Source: Auanema rhodensis (lineage: Eukaryota; Animalia; Nematoda). Taken from it: DNA of 64,000 nt. The notes beneath the pieces are model-generated. The model ran no database searches. It saw only the letters and a list, made by a program, of their open reading frames with translations, and was not told the origin of the DNA. This document shows, piece by piece, positions 14,115 to 34,400 of the stretch. The translations under genes and the position numbers were made by a program. Positions within the stretch are counted from its first letter, which is position 1; every line of letters begins with the position of its first letter. The stretch covers positions 13,516,001 through 13,580,000 of the forward strand of contig OZ059899.1 of assembly GCA_964057225.1 (NCBI GenBank), given 5' to 3'.

Positions 14115-15753
14115 CACCTTAATGTAAATAATTCATAAACAGGTAGAGAAAAGCTAGTACTTAGCGCGAACAGACAGTATAAACGAGGAAAAACATGAAA
14201 TATACTTTCTTTATAAGGGATAGGAAAAATACACCAACGAATCGGCTTGGTATCAATTCGTGATCAGGTTCATAAAAACCAGCACATAAAACCCTGATGA
14301 ATCCGTTTGTTTTCAAATTGTTAAAAGGTAACGAAACAAAAGATGTGAACAGAATGTAGACATGGCCGCTCGATGCTAACTCAATACAACTACTAGTTTA
14401 CCCACGTCTTGTGAACTTATCCGCATATGCGCTTGCTGCACGCATCTTTGTAAAGGAAGTGCAAGAGGGGCTTTTTGTGATCAATACCTCAATGCATGTT
14501 CCTCATCATTCTAGTTGAAAATCTTTCTCGGAATATTCAATATAATCCAATCACAAGTAATATACTACTGCAAGATGTTCTAATGGACGTTGAACACGAG
14601 GTGTAAGAAGCCGCGAACAATGATTCAGGTGAACCGGCTATGCGAAGTAGCCTGAGTCTCTCGTGACCAGTTTCCGCGGATGTGCCTGCCTCATGCAGAC
14701 TCTATTGACGGCCTTACATCATATTTGCCTTTTCTGAAATATAGCTCAGGTACTCTTACTATCGCGATTTTTAACAGTCCACAGTAAAGTATTAACTTTA
14801 AAAAAAACGAAGCCTGTTAGCTTTTCTTCAGTTTCATGTTTGCCCAAGTTGACCCTTGTGTATTTAATTTTATGTTTAAAGTAATATGAAAAACAACTGA
14901 TAACAGTCGAAATTGACTATTTCAATACAATATTTTTTTATAAACTACTTCACTTTTAAACGACTTGGTCTTCTTTGTCTTGGTGCCAATGTTTTTTTCG
15001 TGTGATATTTCTTCTGAATGACGACCCGTCGTCAGGACGGGTTTTGAAGATAACCTTCATGTTCAGACTTTTGTCATGCCTCTCATTTTCATTCTGCCAT
15101 TCCTGCTTCCAATCAATTCAGGCAGAATTTTTTTCCTAACTTTTTCGGGAAATCGATTCAAATAGCTCTACATCAGCATTGTTATATACTTAAAAAATTA
15201 TTTGAACAGATGTATCTTTCATAAATTAATATCGCAATCTCTCAACAAACATATCGACGCATCAAGTATATTCATTTTCTCCTTTTCACCTTGAATTCAC
15301 TAATTTTCTATGTTTTGAGTTTTCTAGAGAACAGTCTCGCAAAACAGAGATGACCTTAAGCGGCCGTTTCACTTTCCTGGACAAATTTATAAATAATAAC
15401 TTTTTTTCTTTCAATTTTCTGTTTTGCCCATTGCAGTTTTCGAATTAATAATACTAAAGAAGAATCCGAACAAGGTTTTTCTTCATGTTATTACTAAAAA
15501 ATTAGTTCTGCATTCATGTTTTAACTGATTTGTGTTATTTTTATTTCCTGCCGTCATCTTTTCGATTCTTTAAAGTATTTTATGTGCTGCGACTGTCAGT
15601 TCTTGTATCTTTTTCATGTTCTTACAGTTTATTCTCTTTTTTAGATCTCAATCCTGATTCTACAATATTACTTTCCATTTTCAGCCAAGTCCTCGTCGGC
15701 ATTTAGATAGCCCTCTGGCTGGGCTCTAAAGCCTTCTTTTCTCTTTTATTGAA

Positions 15754-18174
15754 ATGAAAGGCTATGAATTCTTTCTATTCATAGTATTTTTATCTTTTGC
15801 GAATGTAAGTCTAATAATGTAAAATTATTACTCATAATATATCTTTTTAGTCGAAACGGGTACAATTCGGGTATTCTGATGGATACGTATTTTTAACTGT
15901 TCGTAATACCAAAACGGGTATAGAACAAGAAGTTTGTGCAAATTATCTTCAATTCCGAAAAGAACGATTAGCAGAAAGCGTCGATACAGCTGTACGTGTT
16001 ATAGCTCTTTAAGCTCAGTTAATCATATCTTTTCAGGAAGCTTATTCTCTTGGGTGGTGGCGCAAAAACACCGGTGACATTAGAAACTCCACAAAGATCT
16101 GTCCTCTTCCTCAAGGGCCAGAAGAAAAGTAGGACAGTAATACTGTTTTAGTATTTATTTTCATATTTAGATTTCTACACCAAATAGTTCCGTTGAACTA
16201 TCGAATCGACGACGATGGCACAAAGTGCACTCGCCCATTCAACGAAGGGTCTTCTTCATTTAGAAATGCTACCCAGTTTCAAGTATAGAAATATTTCAAA
16301 TGCATGTATTGCTATGTCTTTGTAGGTCGATCAACTAAGCATACATAATGCTTCATCAGCTCTTTTCCTCATCGAGCGTGGTCGACGATTCGTTACTAGA
16401 TGGAGGGATTTTCTGGTAATTTCAATACATTTTACATTTCTTTATTCATGAAATGTTTATTTCAGTTTGCTGACTTTTATGATCCATATGTTAACACAAC
16501 CTTGCCAACCTTCTTTATATATTTAGATGTTTTTGAACATTTATTGGTATTTTCTGTTTTGTATTATCTAATTTATGGATAACATCTGTTTTAGGGAAAT
16601 GATGATAGTGGCGAGCACATGGAACTTCGTTTTTATCGGCCACCCGATAGTTCTTTTGATTTATCAATGGTTTTTATATGGTTGCTTGCTATGACATGCG
16701 TGACCGGTGGGGGAGCTTGGGCTTTTGTGCGACACAAGTAAGTACTGTTATCCAAAAATGGAAAATTTTCAAAATTGAATAGGGCTGGCAAAGATAAAAA
16801 TCCACTTAACAACTCTCTAAATGATTCTGATGCATCTCAGTCATGTTGTGTGCGATTTGCAAATTCACTTGCGATTGTAACTCTTATGATTTTCCTTGTT
16901 GCTATTCTCATGCTAGGATTCTATTTCAGACCTCTTTTAGGTACGATTTTTAAAAATATCTTTGAGTTTCATAAAATCTGTTTAGTTTTTATTTTCAATC
17001 TACTCTTGATGCTATTCGGATCCTTCAGTGTATATGGCTGTTTGCAAGCATTCCTCTCAAACTTCCAATGCACGAAGAGATTGCCTTGTTCGACAGCAGT
17101 TTGTTCAATCTTTCCCGAACTTGGTAATCAGCAGCTTTATATAGAAATGCTTCATGAAGCGTGATTTCAGGTTGCATTTCTCATCGTCCAACTATTGGAA
17201 AAATCTTACTTTATATCTTCTCCTTCTCTATTTGTTTATGTTGGTTCATATTCCGTATGACGCCATATGCTTTTATACTTTTGGATCTTATCAATATAAC
17301 TTTATGTCTTCACATTTTAAAGTCATTGCGCCTACCTAGTCTTAAAGTAAGTTTCAAGATCCAAGAAGGTTTCCTATTTTCTTTCTTTTCAGTGGATTTC
17401 AACACTCATGCTGTGCATGTTTACTTATGATGCCATTATGGTCTTTGTCACTCCACTTTGGACTAAAAACGGATGTTCTGTAATGTTGGAAGTGGCTACT
17501 GGAATTGACTGCTCAGCAAGCAGTAGTATTGGATATCCAATGCCTCCTATAGATGCAAATTTGCCAGAAAAGGTTTAGTACTACTGATATGAAATGTTGA
17601 TATCAATACTTGTTACAGTTCCCAATGTTAATGCAAGTCATGCATTTCGATCCTATGATGAAGTGCATTGATTTGGAAGTCGAAAAGGGCTTCCAGATGA
17701 CTATACTAGGATTAGGGGATATTATAATTCCAGGTGAAGCTTGTTTTTGACGGAATTCTAATGTTTTATCAATTCTTCAGGGTATCTTGTTACTCATTGT
17801 TTCACCATGAATGGCTTTGAAGAGAAAGCTAGACTGATCTATGGCGTTGTCTGCGTTATTGGTAAAGTTGTAATTCTCTCCATGCCATATTCGATTTAAT
17901 TTCAGGCTATGGCATTGGTTTAATAATGACTTTCGTAGCTTTAACGCTCATGAATATGGCACAGCCTGCTCTGATTTATCTGGTCCCGGCAACATTATTC
18001 CCTATTTGCATTTTAGCTTTAATTAGAGGGGAATTCCAAACCATTTGGCACGGCGTTCCTGACGTTGAAATCAAATCAATGGTTAAAATTTCAGATATTA
18101 ATTCTAAGTTAATCATCTAATTTCAGGAAGGACCTCTTGGTGTATCTGAATCGGACTCATCAAACGATTTATGA
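15754..18174 (+). CDS. imp-1: Signal peptide peptidase-like (SPPL2-type) intramembrane aspartyl protease
   Basis: Signal peptide and lumenal domain, then YD (FTYDAIMVF), GLGD (ILGLGDIIIPG) and QPALIY motifs; all introns GT-AG and in frame. Confidence 0.92.
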
Positions 18175-18355
18175 TCTTCTAACTGCATCTATATTACAAG
18201 CATAACAATTTATATATTTTCCCTTGTAAATCTGTGAATATTATATTATCGTGTCAACACATTGTGAACATTTTGATGAAAAAAATGTATTTCTACGCGA
18301 AATTCTCAAAGGGAAACAACATAAAATATAACAAACTAAAAAGAACAGGATAACT

Positions 18356-18744
18356 TTAGAAAGATCCTCCTAAACCAGATGAGCTCATTTCATCTTGGAG
18401 GCGTTTTTGCAAAGATTGAGAGACAAGATTCCAAGTATCCATGAATCGATCCATACATCTGAAAGAATATGTTAATATCAGCATAATAAATATTCTTACC
18501 TTTGAAGGCATTGTTTCTCTGAGCTGGAAAGAGCAGTTCCGGGACTGGTTATACATTTTTGGGTACACTTCTCTGATAAATCCTGGAAATCAATATTATT
18601 GCAATTTACTATCATTGTTCAACTAACAGTGATCAAATTTTGAGCATTGGTAATAGCAGCCTGTTGCTTGACTCCAGCAATAACTTGATCTCTTTGTTCA
18701 GGGGAGAGTTTCTTAAGTTGTTCTAAATCCAACAATTGTTCCAT
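18356..18744 (-). CDS. tin-13: Small Tim chaperone Tim13 (3 exons)
   Basis: [17 protein letters not shown]...CTQKC...[17 protein letters not shown]; twin CX3C motif. Confidence 0.95.
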
Positions 18745-19518
18745 CTGAAAAAATTACGCTACATTTAACATTTTTAGCCTTGAATTAATAAGATCAACAA
18801 AACAAATTGCAAATTGAAGTAATTTAAAATTAACAAGGTCAATAGAACAAAGCGCAAAATTAGATCTTCTAATCAGTCATTAAAATATTAATAAAGGACA
18901 AGCTTCAAAAAAGTATCATAATTATAATTTTGTGAAAATGAATATATCAGTGAGCAGACATAATTTGAACTATGAGCTCATGTAAATAGGTTGCAATCTA
19001 GTTAAAAATCCACAAGTTCAGTTATTATTCAAGTTTTCTTGTTCGAAAAAGAAAAAATAAAGTTGGCTAGATGACAAAAGCAGGAAGAGAAGATCTCAAC
19101 TCAATTCAAGATAGGCAATAGCTTTGTTATCTTACATACGAAATCCTAGGAAGGAAAAAGCTGACAGAATAAATTCATTTGATGAAACACTATAACTATT
19201 GAACGACAAATTAAAATTCGCGTCCTAGCATAATATTAGCAGTAGAGCTAGGTTCCCACCTTTTGTAAGAAATTAATTTTAACAATATAATGAAATTATT
19301 TATTAAATATATATATGTATATTATATATATATGCGTGTATATATATATATATATGATTATTAATTGAGTTAATTGATATTTTATGCCATTTGTATTTTA
19401 CATGGTGATGATTGAGGCTTAATATGACCAGAAGCTTCTGTAAGAACAAGAGCCCCGAAATGTTCACCCGTTTCTTGAAAAGGTCTAGATTCGTAATTCG
19501 GATTCGTAACAAAGTGTC

Positions 19519-20511
19519 TTATGAGTACATAGAACGGATTAGCAAGTCATCTTCATCTGAATCATCTCTCTGAAATTAAAGATTTATTCTAAACGTTTCT
19601 GAAAACAAGATATAAGAAAGCATACCGGTATAAAACCTCTTCTATTTCGGCTTAATGCCCTTCTTCTAGCTCTTCTTCTAACAACAGTGAATATTAGACC
19701 AGCTAGAACAACAAATATAGCAAAAGATATAACAAGGTCTTTTTTTGATAGAGTTATGTAAGATGTCGCTGTAAAATCATAAATTAAATTTTGTTCTGAT
19801 TTCAGATAAATTCACAGCTGACTGTTTCTGTGGAAGGCTTCGCAGTTGTTGTTGAAGCAACTGGTTGGGTACCTTGTGCTGGAGCAGGTTTTGCATCAGG
19901 AATTAGGTATCTATTACCCATTCCATAATTATTAAACTTCGGAGCTCGTTGTTGATTCATCCTGCAGTTGTTGTTTTACAAAGTTATCGTATAACTATAA
20001 CGTTACCTCATTTGATCGCAATTCCATTCATCACTGCCATCAGCACATTGTGGAACTCCATCACAGAGATCATAATTTGGTATACATTCTCCATCTCTGC
20101 ATGGCCACTGCCATTCACCTTAAAATCAGTAGTCGTTTAGACAAAAGTTTGAGGTCATGTGCTCTCTCACTTGGACACTGGGGTATCATTCGCTGTTGAT
20201 ATCCTCCATTTTGGATATTGCGTTGTCCCATTTGTCCTTCCAGCTATAACTTTTCTATTTTATTTCAAAATATTTAATGTTATAAAAGTCAATAAATTTC
20301 AATAACAGCTTTTTAACTGTGCTGGATGAAGTTGCTTAACTCCAGCAATCTGACTATACTATGCAAAATTTTTTAAAAATCGAAAAAACAGTACTCTTTT
20401 CATTTTTCTCAATAATATAAAACTCAATACGATTACAATACTTACTTGGCCATCAGAATACTTAAAAAATAGCACAAAACAGAATATTAGGAGCATGTTG
20501 TGCTGAGCCAT
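19519..20511 (-). CDS. Type I membrane protein with one LDL-receptor class A repeat and an LRP11-like tail
   Basis: Signal peptide; [36 protein letters not shown]; TM helix followed by RRRARRR; ends DEDDLLIRSMYS*. Exon 2 boundaries are uncertain. Confidence 0.8.
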
Positions 20512-20945
20512 GCCGCTTATGGCAAGGGGGGAAAGAAGATCGATACGGAGAAAGCCAGTCGACGCCCGTCCACGTCTTTTACCTCAACCCATAGTTTCAA
20601 TTGAGAAATAGCTCTCTTATCATGTACATATAACCGTTATCAGAAACATGAAAATTGGAAATACTATTTATCCGTTTCTTTAATAACCATTAGCTTTGCT
20701 TTAGAGATTCGGCAAAGTATAAATAAGAACCAGTCAATGAAACAAAATTAAAATCACAGTCAAACTTTTTACAAACGTCAGGAAAAAAAACAAAAACATT
20801 AATGTAGACCACCTAAAAGTATGTGTTCTCTGTTATTTACATGACAATATCACCGTATTTGAAGCAGGACGTTCTAACAAGTAGTTTTGATGATAGGACT
20901 CCATAACAATGTAAGAAAGTAAGAAGTGAGAAAAAATATACAGTA

Positions 20946-24573
<3,628 letters not shown>

Positions 24574-25285
24574 AGATCTCCTATTAATATGAAGTCAGCA
24601 AATCTGGAAATGGATAGAATTGTTAGGTTTTCGAATAATAAAGGTTTATATTAAGAGAAAAAGTAAACCTAAACCAAGTACGTGTAACGAAATCAATGAA
24701 ATGAAAATTAATCGAAATAAAACTGTTTGAGAATTATTGAAACTACATTAGAACTCAAAAATTTAAAGCAAATCAATAAAAAATGAAAAATATGATATCA
24801 AGGTTGTGTCTAGTCAGCAGGTGAACCATAACACACCTAAAAGCTGTGCAATCTTGGATGACTCATCGTTAAGAAAACTTAGAATAAAAGTCATTAATCA
24901 CGTTAGATACTTAAATATTTATTTGGATGATAAGAACGCAAGTTTGGCTGAAATCTGGAGGTTCCATCACCTTTTCAAAATGGAAAAAGTAAAAATCAAT
25001 GTGCTGAGCAGCTGCTATCGACCGTTATGAAGCATGTCACCACATTTTAGTAAGTTCTTTATTTAATGCTCATTAAATTAAAAAATTATATAAAAATTAA
25101 ATATAAATCTATGAAGCCCAGGATTTGGATTTAATTCGGATTCTTGTCAAACCGATGACTCCACACAATCTTTTGAACTGGCGCCATTGGTCCCGATGCG
25201 CAAAGGCGCTCGCGACTGACCCGCGCTGCGGCACCAACAATTGGAGCGGCTTCAGGCAGTGTGTGCCTAGCTGGTTTGCTGGTAG

Positions 25286-27396
<2,111 letters not shown>

Positions 27397-28499
27397 TCAC
27401 ACCAGCTTCCTGAGCTTTCTCTTCGTATGTGCTGAGTTTTTCCTTATTATGTTTGCTCACCAGTTACTTTCTTGCCGATGGCGCTCTCCATTGGCTCACT
27501 GCCAAGTAATTCCTTTAGTCCGTTGCTTTAGATATTGGTTTTGTCCAATTCAGTTCTCACAGGACAACCTGAAACAGTTTTGATCTAATCTAAGTCAATT
27601 TCATTTTGTTCCTGAAGCCCAAGGAATACTAACTCATCTACTTACCTCTTAAGATTTTAAACGAGTTGCCTTTAATTCATGTTTCTGGAGATTGGCGACT
27701 TTTGGATTTCAAAATTCAATGGTATTTTCTATTTAAATATACTATCTAAAGTTATTTTGTGCTACAATTTGGGTAATACGGTACCGTTGAAGCTTTGAAG
27801 TTCTTGTCAGGCGGTCATTTGGTATCGTCAACCAGTCATATATAACAACAAGCCTCTATCAGCGCTTGACTTTTTACAATTATTACCATTTTAGTCATCT
27901 TTGCACACATTTTTAATTTTGATGTTAGCGGGATGTATTTCTTTAACTTGCCTGTCTTGAATTCTATATATATACATATATATGAAACTATGCGTCTTCA
28001 CGCATTTACTAACTCTATATGTGTATATCGAATACTTTATATGTGTATATTAGTTTATCGATGTTTTGATCGTTTTATATTGTCTCATGCTTCTAGTTGC
28101 TCTCAAGACATATGCTTTACTAAACGAACTATGTTCGCTTTATTATTTATTGTCGGTATGGTCAATTCTAAGTCATGTAGATCGTTTAACTAGTCTGCCA
28201 TTTCGCTCATCCTTTTTTCGTTTTTACCTTATATGAACGAATTCGCACCGTACCGTATATAGCAGGAGACAGTAGAAATTGTTTCGATAAATATTCATAG
28301 GCCTCGGTGTAACACCACTGGCACTAATTTGTCACTGCAACGTGTATTTAAGGATTTTGAATAAAGTTTAACAATTTCCTTTTTTTGTTATCATGCGTAC
28401 TTTCTCACACACACACACAGATACACACATACATATACACATGAAGATGTGTCACTGGAACCGGTATGTTCAGATTCACTATAAACATCTTCCAACGCA

Positions 28500-29192
28500 A
28501 TGGCGCACGGTCGTGTCTACAAGGTTAGCAAATGAATGATTCTTCGATTTTCCTTTTTTTTTACGAATTTCTGAAAATAGTTGGCAATTTAGGCTCTATT
28601 AGCTCTGACTATACTTATTGAACTGCTGCTATGTATTGCTCTGCTGGGTGTCGTGTATTACCAATATTTTGTTCAAGACACGGGCGTTAATTATCTGCCA
28701 TACACGATAGTTATTGGCGTCTTCCTACTACTTTTCCTTATCTTCCTTATACATACAACCATATATCTATTTTTAAAAAAGAATGAAAGGCTCATCACTT
28801 TTACTATAGTCTTATGCGTAAGTTTCACTACTTCAATCATTTGAAAGAAAAAATCGCCTATTTAATTAGGTTTGTCGCCTAGTTGTCGTTTTTATCGGCG
28901 CTATTACACTATTTTCCGAAGATGGCTTTAGCAGCGACGACAAACATTTTCGCGAAGATCCCTTAAGCTGGCTCTACCGTAAGGACTCGTAACCTCCTGA
29001 ACGTAGTTCGAAGTTGATATTACAGATCGTAAAATGATAGTTGTTGGCGGATTGATCGCATTAGTACCGATATACGTTATACAGCTCTTCGTGTTAAACA
29101 GGTAAAATAAAAATTAAATATTAAGATACCGTTGAAATTTCTTTAGATGCTTCTCAGCTGACAAACGACAAGAATCAATAAGAAAACAATAA
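28500..29192 (+). CDS. Small four-transmembrane protein of unknown function (5 exons)
   Basis: TATAAA ~20 nt upstream; clean GT-AG splicing gives MAHGRVYK...RKQ* with four hydrophobic segments. Confidence 0.7.
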
Positions 29193-29478
29193 TTTATTAA
29201 GTGTCAAAATTATGACAAACTTGGAATTTAACAAAATTGCCACATAGCGTATAAAAAAAACCATGCAACTTTCAAATCTATACAAAACTAGTAATCACCC
29301 ATTTGGCAAAAACCTTACAAATGATCATTGAATAGGCCCGTCATAAACAACAGAGATTGACAGATTGAAGGATACGACAAATTGTGGACACTGTCTCAAA
29401 AAGCTTTTGGAAATATCTCACCGGCTTAAAGTCAGTAATCACAATACTATGCACATTTGTGGATCAAAATACACCAGT

Positions 29479-30730
29479 TTACTGGCCTTGAGCATTAAAA
29501 GCTGAGACATCTCTGTTAAAATGTCTTCCACGGTTGTTGTTGTAACCACCTCCGTTTCTGTATCCGTTGTATCCTCCGTTTTGGTTACCACGATAACCGC
29601 CATATCCTTGACCTAATTTGAAAACGATTACTGAAAGCTTTAACAGACAGGGAATTACCATTATATCCACGTCCGCGTCCACGGTTACCAAATCCACGTC
29701 GGTAGTTGAACGAGCGAACAGCAGAGTGACCAAAAGTTTCTTGATTAGTCTCTCTTTCCTTTCTCCAGTCTGGACGACCAGTCTTTCCTTCAGCTTTCTC
29801 GAGAGCTTCACAGCTAATGCGATCGAAGAAAGAGTTCTTCTTATCGTAGTAAGAGCTCTCCTCGGTCTTAGTAGCTTCTTCCTCTTCAGACTTCTCTCCA
29901 CTCTCAAGCTAAAGGAAAACAGAAATTATATCATTATATCTTTTACAACCTTGAGCTTGTTGCCAAGCATTTCGCATAATTGCTCTTGGAATTGCTCGTT
30001 GGCTTTCTCGAAATCGTAATCTCCTTCGAACTTCAGCTTCTCACGTTGGTTGGTTCTAGGTCCATTGAATCCGCGTCCGCGGTTCTGGTGAGGGTAACCT
30101 CCACGGTTGTTGAAGTTATTGAATTGTCTATTTCCAGGATGACGGTGATCATTGCCACCTGAACATAGATAATAAATTTTGGAAAATTTTTTAAAAGAAA
30201 CCGCGGTGAACATTGCGTCCAGCTCCAGGAGCTCGGTTACCACCGGAAGCGAAGTTGGGACTATGCCTATGAGGAGTAGCAGAACGAGTAGATCCACCAG
30301 AAACCTTGTCATCAGTTGGGGGTCCTGGTCTAGTAGACACAGAGATAATAGCGGGATCATAAGTAAGACCACCAGCTAAAGGAGCAACCTTAACAAAAAA
30401 CAATGATAAAAATCCCTTAACTACAAATCAAACCTTTGGAGTTTCGCAAACGATAAGATCCTTGATATCACTAGCCTTGAAAATGATGTACTCGTAAGTC
30501 TCATCGCGAGGTGGCACTGGGTTTGCATTGTTACGATCTTCAGTACCGAAAGACTTTACTGAAAAGAGATAAACGTAGCTTCAAATGAGATTCAAATTTT
30601 TGAACAAACCTTTGGCCAAAGCGATGGTAGAATCATTGGTATCAACAGTATAGAGAATACCTTCGTATCTGATATCTAACTTTGAGATCAAGCTAATTTT
30701 ACTTCCGATGTATGGAGTTTGGTTCGACAT
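29479..30730 (-). CDS. car-1: LSM14/Scd6/RAP55 family RNA-binding protein
   Basis: [27 protein letters not shown] (Lsm14 domain), DYDFEKAN (FDF), SFFDRISC (FFD), NQETFG (TFG), RGG-rich tail. Confidence 0.96.
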
Positions 30731-31427
30731 GGCTAAGAAAAGCGGAAAACCACCCTAAACAATTATCGATGAGTAATAACAATTGCTGAAACAAACAAAA
30801 GAACTTGGGAATTACAACTTATTTATTAAATAAAATTTTATGTTTTAAGGAATGCACAAGAAGAGTTCAGGCTGATTAGACAACCTCATAGTATATTAAG
30901 ACACGAACACCAACCACGAGTGAAAAATTAACAGCACTTCAAAAATGGACACGCGCGCGCGAGCCGCTCGCTTCCAAATTTATGTTCTGCTATAGGAAGA
31001 GGGTTCCCACAACGAATTTGCTAGTGAGTATGCTATATTTACACACAGATGGCACAAAAGTTGACCCAGATCAATCTCTATATAAGTTTTAAACTTTGTA
31101 GCTGTTCAATATAGATCAAAATGAAAGTACAATTTCATATTTTTATTAATACTGGATTGTTATACAAGATAATATAATACTGAGAGGTTTGGTATGATAA
31201 AACTGCTATTAACTACTTAATAAATTGCACTACTTGTTATCACATGGAAATATATCTACACCGAAAAGTACCCTTCTAATTAGGAATTGGTGGTAAGGAT
31301 TTACATGAACAATATTTATATATCAGGCTTGAATACCTACAGAAAAAAAACATAACAAAAAGTTCTTAAAAAATCATAGATAATCTCTTATCACATTTTG
31401 ACTAGACCGCGTATGTAGACTATGTTA

Positions 31428-34400
31428 TTATAATTGCCAGTTCTCAGTAAAATCAACGTAGAGTGCGCTCTCCAACCTAGCTATAGCTTCTTTGTATGTG
31501 AGTGAACCCGTGAGGAATGCAAGATCGGTTGACTCAGTCTGTAAATCGTAACATGAGATAATACGTAAAAAAACGTTACTAACCTGAGATACACCAGAGA
31601 TTTGTTTATTTTGTGTTGCTAAAGCGTAAAAAAATGGCCTCAATTTGTCGAAACCAGATAACACTTTGAAGCCACCTAGAGAAATGGCTTGGCTACATTT
31701 CTCATCGTCAGTGAGTTTGCCATACTGTAAACAATTATATTACGGTAATGGCGAATGGCGTTTCTTATACCTTGTTTTTCAAGAGCTTGTTAATTCGACC
31801 AGCGAAAGGAATAAACATATCAGTTTTATTAGCAGAAATAGTATTAATGAAAGCCCAATGACACCTATAAAACAAAATTCATTTAAAAAGTTCAAATATT
31901 ATGAACAAAAAACTCACATTTGGAATTGTGGAATGTAACCAGCTGGTAAAGTACAAAGTGTTTCAAGTAATTTACATGCAGCAAGATATAATTGAAGCCA
32001 AGCATCTTCTTTAGCACAATTTAGATCTTCGAAACCGCTGCTGTCACCACTTAGATGTTGTTCCATTTGCAGAAGTACATGCACCTGGAAAGTAATTGAT
32101 ATTGCATAACCAAAACGAAGCATACCAATTCAGTGATCATGATTGGCCAAATTCCAACTAGGGACTGTGGCCTCAAGCGAATTAGCAAAACTCGTAGGCA
32201 AAGGAAAACAGCTGATCTAATGGATGGTGATTGAGAAGCACGTAAATTCTCAGATAATCGTTCTAAAGTATAATTTCTAGAAACATAAAAATAAAGAAAA
32301 TATACCTTGAATGTCATTCATTTGAGCTTGGTATTGTTCCAATTCAGATCCAAACACTACAAAAGCTAATCTTTTTAGAGATTGAGCTCTTGCCTCGTAT
32401 TCTTGCTCCTTCGAAGTCATAATACTGAATGACGCATTGGGGGTGTAAGCTATGCTCTCTGAAACATACATACTATGAAAACATTTAAAAACCGTTAAAC
32501 TCACTGAGTAAATCCTTGAAGGATGTTTTGTCGTGAGTCATAAGGTGATCAGTTACAACAAGCCATTGCCTCAAAGACTGATGATCCATTTTGAAGAATG
32601 CTGAAAAATCGTGGTTCAACAACGAATAATCTTATTTTATCTCACAAGAATCCAACAAAAGCTCCAATGTAGTTTTCTTCCATACAGGCCTCATGTAGTT
32701 AAAGGAGCTCATGGATGCAAGCAACTGCGAGGAAGCAAGGAAGAATCGAGCATTACGAGCACTTTTAGCACGCAAATATGGAACAACATTATTCCATACA
32801 GCATGCAAAGTTGGCAGCAATTTCTCCTTATCGTCACTTTTGCAAACAGAATCAACTAGCTCAGTTAAATTCTATTAAGCAATTGATATTAAAAAAAAAT
32901 GAAGAAAACGAAATACCTGGGCTAACAAAAATAATGCTTGGGTACTGTGGGTTGGGTCACGTTTGTTGTTATTAGTATCTTTTACAGAACCTCGAAGGTT
33001 AGAACTACTCTTTTTATCGGTTAAGACAGATGAATGAATACTACCACCTATGTCAATCGATGCCGGTCTATAAAGCACTAGCTGAGTAGAAATATTATTA
33101 AAAATATCAAACCTATTTATGAGAGAAAGTGTAGAACCTCGCATCGAATTCTGTTCAGACGAGGTGATAGAAGGAGCGGGTGTATTTACAGGTGTATTGA
33201 GCTCTATAGATGGACTGGCATCTTGCGATGAAGCTAAAACAGCATTAAGTTAAAAAAAAGGAAACATTGAAGCTCACATTGATCTTGTTTCACAACAAGG
33301 GTACGTTTTAACCACGTGGTTGTTTCCAACTGCCATCCAACAATAGTGTTAACAGCTTCAGTCAGTCTTTGAACACAGTCTTGTACAGCTTTCGATAACG
33401 ATTTGTCTTCCACAATATAAGTAGCTCCAGAAAGACGAACAAAATCACATAATATTCTAAATTAGAATGAATGAAACATTATGAATAAAAGAAGCAACAT
33501 ACATGAACAGTAAGAAAATAGCCCTAGGAGGAAGATGAGCAAGAGGAGCATCAGCTAACAAAGTTTGTAGACATGACCAGCATTGTCGCATTTGGATAAT
33601 AGGCAAAGCTCTTATACAAGCATGAACAAGTTCTAACAAAGGAGCTTCAGTAGGGAACGTAGCCTTCAATAGAGAAGAAATTGTTTTACAAAATAACGGC
33701 ACAAAATACCTTATCAGCTTGAGAGCCCAACTTAGATGCTTTGGCACCAGCTTCTTTAAGTGATTCACATACCGATGTCATTAATTCTTCAATAGTGATG
33801 ATTTTCAAGCTTAACAGAAGGTTAGCTACATCCAATTGAGAAGATGAATATGTGAACGACAGCTGAATATATAATATATATATAATAAAGCTTGTACTTA
33901 TAATTATTGTACCTGATCAGGATCACTTTTTCTAGGGGAACTACCACAAGCTGACCTGGTCAACCATACCAATGATAAAGCTTGCAAGAACGCTGTTTGG
34001 TGATGTTGAGCGATTGGCGAAAGCAAGTCGATAACAAGCCTTCTCAATTGCTGGAATTATAATAGTGAAATTAAGAATCGTTTCATATTTTACCGAAGGA
34101 GTTCCCAGGGGCAATTTAGGTATTTCTCCGCCACGCACTACGCTCCAGACGTCACAGATAGTGGCAAGTGCATGAGGAAGAGAGGTTAACATGTCATTCT
34201 TTGCCTGTCTCCAATTTGGTCCACCGTTCTTGACAACTTCCATTTTAGACAAAGCCAAGCTACTATGCTAAAACATCAAAATGTTACAACCATGCATACT
34301 AAAACAAGTTTTACCGATTGGGACTCGCTGAAACTGAATGCTTTAACAATATGTGTGAATAACTCAGTAGCTCCCTTAGTTCCCGGAATGATCGAAATAG

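Noticed and set aside
14293-14340. CTGATGA...GAAA suggesting a hammerhead ribozyme
   Set aside because: Stems II and III cannot be formed around the core.
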